Below are positions 8,810-17,245 of a stretch of 64,000 nt of DNA, in pieces; positions within the stretch are counted from its first letter, which is position 1; each line of letters opens with the position of its first letter. Below the pieces are notes generated by a model, which saw nothing but the letters and a program-made list of their open reading frames with translations, did no database searches and had not been told where the DNA came from. Source of the DNA: Candidatus Moraniibacteriota bacterium (GTDB lineage Bacteria > Patescibacteriota > Minisyncoccia > Moranbacterales > GCA-2747515); the NCBI GenBank assembly GCA_942490825.1, contig CALNYG010000004.1, forward strand, positions 52,888 to 116,887. Reading direction: 5' to 3'. The position numbers and the translations under genes were made by a program.

Positions 8810-10279
8810 ATGTCAGAATTAAAAATCTACAACACACTCACAAATCAAAAAGAAGGATTCAAATCAATCAATGCTGGAAAAGTTGGAATTTACACTTGTG
8901 GACCAACCGTTTACGATTATATTCATATTGGAAATATTCGTTCTTACACTACTCCAGATGTTTTACGACGATATTTACTTTATTTAGGATACGAAGTTAA
9001 ACATATCAAAAATATCACTGATGTTGGACATTTAACTGAGGACGATCTCGCACAAGGTGACAGTGGCGAAGATAAGTTAGTAAAAAAATCTTTAAAAGAA
9101 AAGAAGTCTCCCGAAGAAATCGCTAGATTTTACGAAAATTATTTTAAAGAGACCGAGGAAGAAATGAATATTTTGCCAGCTAATTATTTTCCCCGTGCAA
9201 CAGCTCACATTCCGCAGATGATAAAAATAATTGAAAATTTAATCGAGAAAGGTTTTGCTTACGAAGCAAACGGAAACGTATTTTTCGATATTGAAAAATT
9301 TCCAGAATATGGAAAACTTTCCGGAAACACTTTAGAAAATTTAAAAGAAAATTCTCGTTTTGACGATCCACATCCTGACAAAAAAAATCAATGGGATTTT
9401 GCGTTATGGTTGAAAGCACCTGAAAATCATTTGATGCAGTGGAAAAGTCCATGGTCAATCGGTTATCCTGGATGGCACATTGAATGTTCAGCAATGAGTA
9501 CAGAATATTTAGGCGAGCAAATTGATTTTCATACTGGCGGTGAAGATAATATTTTTCCTCATCACGAAGCGGAAATTGCTCAGACGGAATGTCACACTGG
9601 ACATAAATGGGTAAATTATTGGATGCACACTCGCTACCTTTTAGTTGACGGCGAAAAAATGTCAAAGTCAAAAGGTAATTTTTATAAATTTGAAGATATT
9701 AAAGAAAATGGTTTTTCTGCAATGGATTTGCGAATGTTGATTTTGTCGTCTCATTATCGTTCTCAAATGAATTTTTCTTGGGAAAGTTTAACGCAAGCTC
9801 AAAAGAATATTAAGACTTTAGAGAACTTTTTTACTCGAATAAATAATTTAGAAAATGAAATAGAAAATAATGAAAGTAAAGTTGACGTGAAAGAATTTCA
9901 GAAAGAATTTGAGGATGCAATGAGTGATGATTTAAACACTCCGCAAGCTTTGAGTATCATTTTTGATTTTGTGAAAAATGTAAATTCTGTTTTAGATAAA
10001 AATGAAAATATTAATTTAAACGAAATAAAATCATTTTTTGAAAAAGTTTTAAATGTTTTAGGAATTAAAATTAAATCTAAAACAACCTACGTTAATTCAA
10101 AACTTACAATCAAAAGATCGATTGGAATTTCACAAGAAGTCTTAAATTTAGCAGAGCAACGCAAACAAGCTCGTGATGAAAAAAATTTTGAAAAATCTGA
10201 TCAGCTCCGTGATGAAATTAAAGATTTAGGTTTTGAAATTAAAGATGTCAAAGATGGCTATGAATTGGTGAAAATTTAA
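8810..10279 (+). CDS. cysS: cysteine--tRNA ligase
   Basis: HIGN (YIHIGNIRSY) and KMSKS class I motifs, plus GWHIECS. Confidence 0.95.
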   Translation: MSELKIYNTLTNQKEGFKSINAGKVGIYTCGPTVYDYIHIGNIRSYTTPDVLRRYLLYLGYEVKHIKNITDVGHLTEDDLAQGDSGEDKLVKKSLKEKKSPEEIARFYENYFKETEEEMNILPANYFPRATAHIPQMIKIIENLIEKGFAYEANGNVFFDIEKFPEYGKLSGNTLENLKENSRFDDPHPDKKNQWDFALWLKAPENHLMQWKSPWSIGYPGWHIECSAMSTEYLGEQIDFHTGGEDNIFPHHEAEIAQTECHTGHKWVNYWMHTRYLLVDGEKMSKSKGNFYKFEDIKENGFSAMDLRMLILSSHYRSQMNFSWESLTQAQKNIKTLENFFTRINNLENEIENNESKVDVKEFQKEFEDAMSDDLNTPQALSIIFDFVKNVNSVLDKNENINLNEIKSFFEKVLNVLGIKIKSKTTYVNSKLTIKRSIGISQEVLNLAEQRKQARDEKNFEKSDQLRDEIKDLGFEIKDVKDGYELVKI

Positions 10280-10290
10280 TTTCAACACAA

Positions 10291-10448
10291 CACAGGGTCG
10301 TGTTTCATAACCCCACCCAAAACATTTCTGAAAAAGTTTTGCGAAAAAATCAAAAATTGCACATGAACTTTACAAAAACATTATGGAACCAGTTATAAAA
10401 CTGGTTCCTGCGTAAATAATTACCAGAACAGGTTTTATAACCCGTTCC
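10291..10448. repeat. family B hairpin element, locus 1 (three hairpins)
   Basis: ggaaccagttataaaactggttcctgcg, gaacaggttttataacccgttcc and a degenerate cacagggtcgtgtttcataaccccaccc. Confidence 0.7.
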
Positions 10449-10533
10449 GTATACTTTTTTTCTACATATTTTTATTTAAAATAATTTTGACAAAAAATAT
10501 AAAAAGTGTAAAATTAAAATGTTGAACAATTTG

Positions 10534-10694
10534 TCAAGCGTTGAAATGGTTTACTACCCATTGAGCTTGCGTGAACAGAGTTAACGAAATAAACTCAAAA
10601 GAGCGCCCAAATAATTTCGGGAAGCTAAGTGGAACCGCCCTATTCTAGGGTCTTAGCATTATTTATGAAATTATTTAGGCGTTTTTTGTTTTTT
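10534..10694 (+). promoter_or_regulatory. T-box leader (Thr specifier ACU) of thrS
   Basis: Same architecture as 8411..8572. AAGC 10536-10539 pairs with GCUU 10565-10568. The loop is UUU-ACU-AC, with the codon at 10553-10555. The antiterminator spans 10625-10656 and the helix 3' strand 10667-10681 is followed by T6-G-T6. Confidence 0.85.
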
Positions 10695-10710
10695 GAACAA
10701 AATACTAATT

Positions 10711-10849
10711 CATGTCATCCCCGCGAAGGCGGGGATCCAGGAAAGTAATACTTTAAGTTTTAATATAAACAAAAGTTCATTTGCAAACTTTAAGTTTAAT
10801 TTTCCTGGATTCCCTTCCACTTCGCTACGCTACGTACGGGAATGACATG
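10711..10849. repeat. family A nested-hairpin element, copy A2
   Basis: Near-identical to A1. Confidence 0.85.
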
Positions 10850-10867
10850 TACGAGAAGTAATGAAAA

Positions 10868-10884
10868 GCCCGTGCGGCGAGCAC
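10868..10884 (+). repeat. GC-rich 17-mer
   Basis: Exact copy, 47 nt before the thrS ATG. Confidence 0.9.
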
Positions 10885-10931
10885 TTTTTTATTTATAATT
10901 TAAAAAGAATAATAATTAATATATAAAAAAT

Positions 10932-12749
10932 ATGTCAGAAAAAAAAGAACAAGAAAAAATTGATAAACAAATGATAAAGCGACATTCAACTGCACACGTA
11001 CTTGCAAATGCAGTTTTAGAAATGTTTCCAGAGGCAAAAATTGCCGTTGGACCAGCAACTGAAGATGGATTTTATCATGATTTTGAGTTACCTCGAAATC
11101 TAATTCCTGAAGATTTAGAAATTCTTGAAGAAAAAATGCGAGAAATTATTAAAGCAAATAATCCTTTTGAAAAATCTTCTATTTCAATTGAAGATGCAAT
11201 TGAGAAATATGAAAAATTAGGTCAAAAATATAAAGTGGAATTAATTAAAGATTTGGCTGAAAATGGTGAAACTGAAGTTTCTATTTATAAATCTGGAAAT
11301 TATGTTGATCTTTGTGCCGGACCACATTTAGATTCAACTGGAGAAATTAATAAACAAGCTTTTAAACTGACTAAATTTTCTGGAGCTTATTGGAAAGGAG
11401 ATGAAAAACGTGAGCAACTTCAAAGAATTTATGGTGTTGTTTTCAATGATAAAAAGCAATTGAAACAATATTTATTTCAACAGGAAGAGGCTAAAAAACG
11501 TGATCATCGGAAACTCGGAAAAGAATTAAAATTGTTTACAATCGATCCGAATGTTGGACTTGGCTTACCACTTTACAAACCAAATGGTGCAATGGTATTT
11601 AATCTTTTGAAAAGATGGTTTGAAGATGAACAATTGAAGCGTGGCTATGTTCCTGTTATTACTCCACATATTGGACGAAAAAGTCTTTGGGAAACTTCTG
11701 GTCACTGGGGATTTTACAATGAATCAATGTATCCTCCGTTAGAATTAGGTCAAACTCTTGAAGATTATCAAGACAGTCGAAAACCAAATGAAAATGAGAC
11801 TTATCTTTTGAAACCGATGAATTGTCCTTTTCATGTTGCTATTTTTAATGATGATCAATTTTCTTACCGAGATTTGCCGATTAAATATTATGAATTTGGA
11901 ACTGTTTATCGATTTGAGCAAAAAGGTGAATTGAGCGGACTTACTCGCGTGCGTGGATTTACTCAAGATGACGCTCATATCGTTTGCACTAAAGATCAAT
12001 TGGAAGAGGAAATGAAAAAGATGATCGATTTCGCTTCCTATGTTTTACGAGATACTTTTGGTTTTGAAATTGAAATTTATGCTTCTTTCCGTGATCCTAA
12101 AAAAGAAAAATATTTAGGAAATGATGAAAAATGGAATGTTGCTGAAAGTACTATTATTAAAATTTTAGAAGATAAAAAAATTGATTATAAAAAAGAGATT
12201 GGTGAAGCTGCTTTCTACGGACCAAAGATGGATTTTAAAGTTAAGGACTCCCTTGGTCGTCAGTGGCAACTTTCAACAATTCAATTTGATTTTAATCTTC
12301 CTGAAAGATTTGATATGACTTTTGTGAATAATGAAGGTGAGAAAGAACAACCTTACATGATTCACCGAGCATTGTTTGGGTCAGTTGATCGTTTCATGGG
12401 AATTATAATTGAACATTTTGCTGGTGCCTTCCCCACTTGGTTAGCTCCAAAGCAAGTTGTGATTGTTCCTGTTTCTGAAAAGTTTAATGATTATGCTGAA
12501 GAAGTTCGCGTAAAACTTTTTGAAAAAAATATTCGTGTGGAAGCTGATACTCGAGATGAGAGCTTAGGTAAAAGAATTCGTGAATCGGAAAAAATGAAAG
12601 TTCCTTATATTTTGGTTGTTGGTGAAAAGGAGATGAATGATAAAACTGTGGCTGTTCGTGCTAGGGATAACAAGGAAAATAAACAGGAAGTTGTTAAGTT
12701 TGATGATTTTGTTATGAATATTTTAGAAGAGATTTTGGAGAGGAAATAG
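10932..12749 (+). CDS. thrS: threonine--tRNA ligase (no N-terminal TGS domain)
   Basis: HSTAHVLANAV editing-domain HxxxH motif, class II core (FRFEQKGELSGLTRVRGFTQDDAH) and a C-terminal anticodon-binding domain. Confidence 0.95.
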   Translation: MSEKKEQEKIDKQMIKRHSTAHVLANAVLEMFPEAKIAVGPATEDGFYHDFELPRNLIPEDLEILEEKMREIIKANNPFEKSSISIEDAIEKYEKLGQKYKVELIKDLAENGETEVSIYKSGNYVDLCAGPHLDSTGEINKQAFKLTKFSGAYWKGDEKREQLQRIYGVVFNDKKQLKQYLFQQEEAKKRDHRKLGKELKLFTIDPNVGLGLPLYKPNGAMVFNLLKRWFEDEQLKRGYVPVITPHIGRKSLWETSGHWGFYNESMYPPLELGQTLEDYQDSRKPNENETYLLKPMNCPFHVAIFNDDQFSYRDLPIKYYEFGTVYRFEQKGELSGLTRVRGFTQDDAHIVCTKDQLEEEMKKMIDFASYVLRDTFGFEIEIYASFRDPKKEKYLGNDEKWNVAESTIIKILEDKKIDYKKEIGEAAFYGPKMDFKVKDSLGRQWQLSTIQFDFNLPERFDMTFVNNEGEKEQPYMIHRALFGSVDRFMGIIIEHFAGAFPTWLAPKQVVIVPVSEKFNDYAEEVRVKLFEKNIRVEADTRDESLGKRIRESEKMKVPYILVVGEKEMNDKTVAVRARDNKENKQEVVKFDDFVMNILEEILERK

Positions 12750-12765
12750 GTTTAAAATGAATAAA

Positions 12766-12793
12766 GGCATGTAGATTTGTTGATCTACATGCC
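12766..12793. terminator. 11-bp hairpin between convergent thrS and 12811..13269
   Basis: ggcatgtagat-ttgttg-atctacatgcc. The T-rich tract follows only on the minus strand. Confidence 0.55.
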
Positions 12794-12810
12794 CCTCCCT
12801 CCAAAGACAA

Positions 12811-13269
12811 TCAGTCTTTTGGCACTATAAGTAGAGTCTCCTCTGGATCTTCTGGGTCATTATATGCGATCCACTTTGGAGCATCTAGCTCATCATTCCA
12901 AAAAGTAACAATCTTACCATCGTCTTTACTTCCCCCAATATAAGATATCTTTGTTCTTAATAATTTTTTAGTAGTCAGCTTCACACAATCAGGCTTTATT
13001 CTAGACAAAAATTTTCTAAACTTTGCCCTAACTGCATATTCTACTCCTTCTTCATAAAAACTAATATCTCCTTCTTCCGTCCAAGCACTTATAGTACTGT
13101 ACTTAGACTTATGATTGCAGATATATTTTCCTTTATTATGTGATGGTATTATTTCATTACATCCATCGCTCTGATGAGCGATTATAGTCTTATCTGTTAT
13201 TGCAAAGACTGATGAATATGAGAGCAATGAAAATATCACCAAAAAACCAAATGATCTTACAGAACACAT
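12811..13269 (-). CDS. small secreted protein, unknown function
   Basis: GGAGGA lies 4 nt upstream of the ATG at 13269. Signal-peptide-like FGFLVIFSLLSYSSVFA. Confidence 0.55.
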   Translation of the reverse strand: MCSVRSFGFLVIFSLLSYSSVFAITDKTIIAHQSDGCNEIIPSHNKGKYICNHKSKYSTISAWTEEGDISFYEEGVEYAVRAKFRKFLSRIKPDCVKLTTKKLLRTKISYIGGSKDDGKIVTFWNDELDAPKWIAYNDPEDPEETLLIVPKD

Positions 13270-13385
13270 AATATCCTCCTCGGATATAAAATTTCTCGAT
13301 TCCGTCGAGTACGGTATCAAAGCTAAATAAACGATTTATCAAATTATCAAACTTTGATATATAAATATATCACACAATCAAAACT

Positions 13386-14429
13386 ATGTCAACCCCCAAA
13401 TCTCCAAACAAACAAATAACCATAATCGGACCAACAGCCTCAGGAAAATCCAACATCGCCATAGCTTTAGCCAAAAAAAATAAAGGCGAAGTCATCAGCT
13501 CAGACTCACGTCAGATTTATCGTGAATTAAATATCGGGTCGGGCAAAGAACCAGGAAAATTAGAAACCATTTACTATGCAAAAAATGGCGATTTTAAAAT
13601 TGTAAAAAACACTAACCAAAGATTCGACCTTCGGATACCCGAAGGTCGAACCTTGAAAAAGGTTTACATCTGCGAAAAAATCCCCCACTACATGATCGAC
13701 ATCGTCCATCCCAACACAATTTACAACGTCGAAAAATTCGTAAAGAAATCAAAAAAAATACGAAAAGAAATTTGGCAACGAAACAACTTACCAATAATTT
13801 GCGGTGGCACAATGTTTTGGGCTCAAGCTTTAGTCGAAGAACAACAATTCCCCAAAGTATTACCCAACGAAAAACTCCGTCAAGAATTATCAAAAAAATC
13901 CAAAGAAGAAATTTTTAATATTTTAAAAAATTTAGACCCAGAAAGGGCTGAAGATATTATTAAAAAAAATGAAATCAATAATTTAGTCCGTATAGTTCGT
14001 GCCATTGAAATCGCCACAGAATTAGGTAAAGTTCCCAAAATTAAAAAAAATGGAAATAAACAAAATGAAAATAATCTAATTATTTCCGTCACTCATCCAA
14101 AAGAATTTTTACACCAAAAAATAGAAAAACGCATGGACAAATGGTTTGACGAAGGAATTTTTGAAGAAATAAAAAAACTTCATTTTGAAATGAAAGTGCC
14201 TTGGGTTAGATTAGAAAGCTTCGGCTTAGAATATAAATGGTGCACTCGCTACGTCCGCGGTCAAATTGATTTTAACGAAATGCGAGAAAACACCATTCGA
14301 GATTTAAAAAAATATGCCAAACGACAAATGACTTGGATTCGCCGTTGGGAAAAATCTAGCACAAAAATTCATCACGTAACTTCCGCAAAAGAAGCTGAAA
14401 AATTAGTTAGTGATTTTCTAAAAAAATAG
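13386..14429 (+). CDS. miaA: tRNA dimethylallyltransferase
   Basis: GPTASGKS P-loop, DSRQIYRELNIGSGK and IPHYMIDIV. It carries an extra segment between these motifs. Confidence 0.9.
   Translation: MSTPKSPNKQITIIGPTASGKSNIAIALAKKNKGEVISSDSRQIYRELNIGSGKEPGKLETIYYAKNGDFKIVKNTNQRFDLRIPEGRTLKKVYICEKIPHYMIDIVHPNTIYNVEKFVKKSKKIRKEIWQRNNLPIICGGTMFWAQALVEEQQFPKVLPNEKLRQELSKKSKEEIFNILKNLDPERAEDIIKKNEINNLVRIVRAIEIATELGKVPKIKKNGNKQNENNLIISVTHPKEFLHQKIEKRMDKWFDEGIFEEIKKLHFEMKVPWVRLESFGLEYKWCTRYVRGQIDFNEMRENTIRDLKKYAKRQMTWIRRWEKSSTKIHHVTSAKEAEKLVSDFLKK
13619..13654. repeat. family C palindrome inside the miaA coding sequence
   Basis: ttcgaccttcgg-atac-ccgaaggtcgaa has perfect 12-bp arms. It is translated as RFDLRIPEGRTL. 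Confidence 0.9.
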
Positions 14430-14463
14430 TTTTAAACTTTTAAAATTTGTGTACTAAAAACCT

Positions 14464-14480
14464 GTGCTCGCCGCACGGGC
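14464..14480 (-). repeat. GC-rich 17-mer (reverse orientation)
   Basis: gtgctcgccgcacgggc followed by ttttt, 34 nt after the miaA stop. Confidence 0.9.
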
Positions 14481-14574
14481 TTTTTGATTTTTTAGTGAAA
14501 AATCATTACAATTTTTTATCATTAAAAGTTTAGCATAAAAAACTCCCCATAAAATCACAAATTTTCAATAGGTT

Positions 14575-15693
14575 CTATCCCGCCCAATAATGATTCACAA
14601 AAAGAATTGTATACAATGTAAACAACATGCACGAACAAAGCAACCACGCAAATTTTATATAAATATTTTTCACTGAAGCCGCAATCATATAAATTGGAAA
14701 AAGTACCAAAATATAACGACCAATACTCATCAAAGTTCCCGTCCCAATCGCCACGCCAATCGTCGCCAACATGTATAACGCCAAACCTCGATCTAATTTT
14801 TTCCAAGTCAAAAAAGTCATAATAAAAGCAAAAATCGCAAAAGCAAAATCTAAAATTAAATTAACTTTAGCCGTCGGATTATTCGCAATAAAATGATCAC
14901 CATTGATTTCAAAAGCTCTTCCCCACGCACTTTCCACATCGAAAAATAATAAAAAATTATCAAACTTTAAATAATGAAAAATAAAAAAAGAAAATAATCC
15001 TAAAGGAATTGCAAAAACGTAAATATTTTTCCAAGTAATTATTTTTTTAAAATTAAAATTATTTTTTTCTAGCAAATACCAAACAACTGGAATAAAAAGT
15101 AAAACTCCAGTTACTCGAGTTAGTGCCGCTAAAAACCCTAAAAGTACTACGAAATATTTTTTATCTTTTTTAGCATAATAAATTGTCGCTACAGAAAGAA
15201 ACAAAAAAAGAGATTCGGTATAAACTGAGTTTAAAAAGTAAGCTGTTGGAAATATTAGTAAAAAAATAATTGTTTCTAAATAATCTACTTCTGGAAAAAA
15301 TTCTTTGATTAGTTTTTTTAGAAAAATTAAAGCTAAAAGTAAACTGAAAATACTTATTAACCAGCCAACAAAAATATCATCGTTAATTATAAAAGTTCCT
15401 ACTTTAATTAAAAATGGATAGACTGGAAAAAATACTATGTTTGCGATACCTTCTGCTTCTCGTAAATAATATCCTTTTTGAACTATATCTAAAATCCAAA
15501 ATGAATCCCACTGTGCGTGAATTACATTAAAGCTTAATCCTTGTTCTTGATAGTAATTTTGCGGTATCCAAGAATAGGCTGTGTCGGCTTTTAGATTTAA
15601 TCGGTTTAATGATATTAGGGCAAATGTATTTATTGCAATAATCCAAATTAGAAATGTGATTATTATTTTTTTGTGTTTTTTTAGGTAGTTCAT
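14575..15693 (-). CDS. polytopic membrane glycosyltransferase-like protein (PIG-V/GT-C-like)
   Basis: Multiple TM helices. HAQWDSFWILDIVQKGY..FFPVYPF resembles the PIG-V mannosyltransferase signature. Confidence 0.5.
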   Translation of the reverse strand: MNYLKKHKKIIITFLIWIIAINTFALISLNRLNLKADTAYSWIPQNYYQEQGLSFNVIHAQWDSFWILDIVQKGYYLREAEGIANIVFFPVYPFLIKVGTFIINDDIFVGWLISIFSLLLALIFLKKLIKEFFPEVDYLETIIFLLIFPTAYFLNSVYTESLFLFLSVATIYYAKKDKKYFVVLLGFLAALTRVTGVLLFIPVVWYLLEKNNFNFKKIITWKNIYVFAIPLGLFSFFIFHYLKFDNFLLFFDVESAWGRAFEINGDHFIANNPTAKVNLILDFAFAIFAFIMTFLTWKKLDRGLALYMLATIGVAIGTGTLMSIGRYILVLFPIYMIAASVKNIYIKFAWLLCSCMLFTLYTILFVNHYWAG

Positions 15694-16301
15694 TTTTTAT
15701 TTTTTGGTTTTTCAATAATTTCTATTTCATGAATTAATTTTCTAATTATCCCTCTAATTTCTCTATAATTATTTCCTAAAATCTTTTCAAATTCCAATAA
15801 ATCATCACTACCTTCACAATCAGCCCAATCAATCATGCTTTTATCTAAGTAATCAAGTAGACAACTTATTTTTTCTTCATCTGCAAAATCAAAATAAATA
15901 AAAGACCAAATATCCGCAAAAATTATAGTCGCCTCAAAATTAAGATTATCAACTTTATTTGTAAATTGTTTTTTATCTGTCTTAGTAAGATTTTTATTAG
16001 GGTTATTTGAAATATTAATTACTTTTTTGCACTCTATAAAAATCACTCTTATTTTAGAATCTAAAGAAATTAGCATCTTTCTAACTTCATCTTGCTTTAC
16101 ATGCAATCGATCAATCTCTTTCTGTTTTATATATTGTCTAATCGCAAAAAATATACCAATAGCAAAAATTAAAATTGAAAAAAATATTGAAAAAAAAGAT
16201 CCAATCAAAACTGAAACTGTTGCATTATTAAAAAACTGATAAATCAAAGTTTCAGAAATATCCACCTTCTCTATTCCATTAATAATCAAAACAAAATCCA
16301 T
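15690..16301 (-). CDS. membrane-anchored hypothetical protein
   Basis: One N-terminal TM helix. Its stop overlaps the downstream start by 4 nt (ATGA). Confidence 0.5.
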   Translation of the reverse strand: MDFVLIINGIEKVDISETLIYQFFNNATVSVLIGSFFSIFFSILIFAIGIFFAIRQYIKQKEIDRLHVKQDEVRKMLISLDSKIRVIFIECKKVINISNNPNKNLTKTDKKQFTNKVDNLNFEATIIFADIWSFIYFDFADEEKISCLLDYLDKSMIDWADCEGSDDLLEFEKILGNNYREIRGIIRKLIHEIEIIEKPKNKK

Positions 16302-16321
16302 AAAAAAATTATATTATATTT

Positions 16322-16456
16322 ATGTTATCCCCGCGTAGGCGGGGATCCAGGAAAATAAAACTTTAAGATTTAACGTAAACAAAAATTAATTACAAAACTT
16401 TTAATTTAATTTTCCTAGATTCCCTTCCCTTACGCTACGCTCCAGCCGGGAATGAC
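16322..16456. repeat. family A nested-hairpin element, copy A3
   Basis: atgttat-[ccccgcgtaggcgggg]-atccaggaaa ... tttcctagat-[tccc..cgctacgct..ggga]-atgac. Confidence 0.8.
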
Positions 16457-16498
16457 AACTGTGATTGATAAATATTATAAAAAAATATTATAACACAC

Positions 16499-16523
16499 AA
16501 AAACGCAGCCAGCACTGCGTTTT
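16499..16523 (-). terminator. intrinsic terminator of the 19027..16537 operon
   Basis: cgcag-ccagca-ctgcg with A/T runs, 14 nt past the stop. Confidence 0.65.
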
Positions 16524-16536
16524 ACTATTTTATATT

Positions 16537-17214
16537 CTAACTAAAAAACCATCCCAAAGAATTGCATAAATAAACATTTGAATTTTTCTCCTTCTGCCAT
16601 TCAGATTTCAATGAAGAATCAATTTCCATACCCGATCCTTCACTTAAAAAATTATCACTCTTAGTAACCAAAAAAAGGTCTTCACCTTCAGGCACTTCAT
16701 CCAACAACAATTCCCAATTAATAGCATCACCATGCTTTCCAATTTCCCCAGGAGGATTTCCTGCCTGAATTCTGCTCATGGCTTTTTCTAGATAAATATA
16801 AGATTCAATAATACCTGCCTCGTTAAATATACTTCTAATCACCGAATCAGCTATCAAATTATTGCTCTCAATATCATCTTGAGCTTTTTGAATTAAATCT
16901 GATCTCGTTTTCGAAAGTTTGACATATTCAGGATAATTTTTTAAAACGGCATTTTCATTAAAAATATTTTCGAATTCATCTTTTCCTTTTAACTTTTCCA
17001 GCTTATCAAAAACATTCTTAAATTTATTTTTCCGATTTTCTTTAAATTCATTATGAACCTGTTTAGATATATAAAACTTCAATTCTTCATTAATAATTCC
17101 CTCAACTACTTTTCTCATTTTATCTAAGCCTTTTTGATTTAAATCGTAAATATCAAGAAGAATATTCGTGTCTATAAAAATATGCTTTTGTTTTTTATTT
17201 TCTGATTTTACCAT
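16537..17214 (-). CDS. PIN-like nuclease-domain protein (DUF4935-like)
   Basis: HIFIDTNILLDIY at the N-terminus and GNPPGEIGKHGDAINWELLL near the C-terminus. Confidence 0.55.
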   Translation of the reverse strand: MVKSENKKQKHIFIDTNILLDIYDLNQKGLDKMRKVVEGIINEELKFYISKQVHNEFKENRKNKFKNVFDKLEKLKGKDEFENIFNENAVLKNYPEYVKLSKTRSDLIQKAQDDIESNNLIADSVIRSIFNEAGIIESYIYLEKAMSRIQAGNPPGEIGKHGDAINWELLLDEVPEGEDLFLVTKSDNFLSEGSGMEIDSSLKSEWQKEKNSNVYLCNSLGWFFS

Positions 17215-17245
17215 GTTAAATTTTTATAATTCAAATATATCAATA

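Noticed and set aside
9180-9671. 163-aa ORF antisense to cysS, and similar antisense ORFs (5161-5364, 11745-11999, 13612-14092, 19590-19929, 62714-63084 and others)
   Set aside because: They lie entirely inside well-supported genes on the opposite strand and have no independent signals. They are expected by chance in AT-rich DNA.
10291-10448. Possible degenerate CRISPR array made of the GTTTTATAAC hairpins
   Set aside because: There are only two or three units, in mixed orientation, with spacings of 11 and ~60 nt, and the stems covary. No regular repeat-spacer periodicity and no cas genes are present in the window.
10932-12749. ThrRS lacking the N-terminal TGS domain, as a possible truncation
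   Set aside because: The ORF starts cleanly 47 nt after the leader repeat with the same ATG TCA GAA as cysS. The editing and catalytic domains are intact. TGS-less ThrRS forms exist, so this is a natural short form and not a pseudogene.
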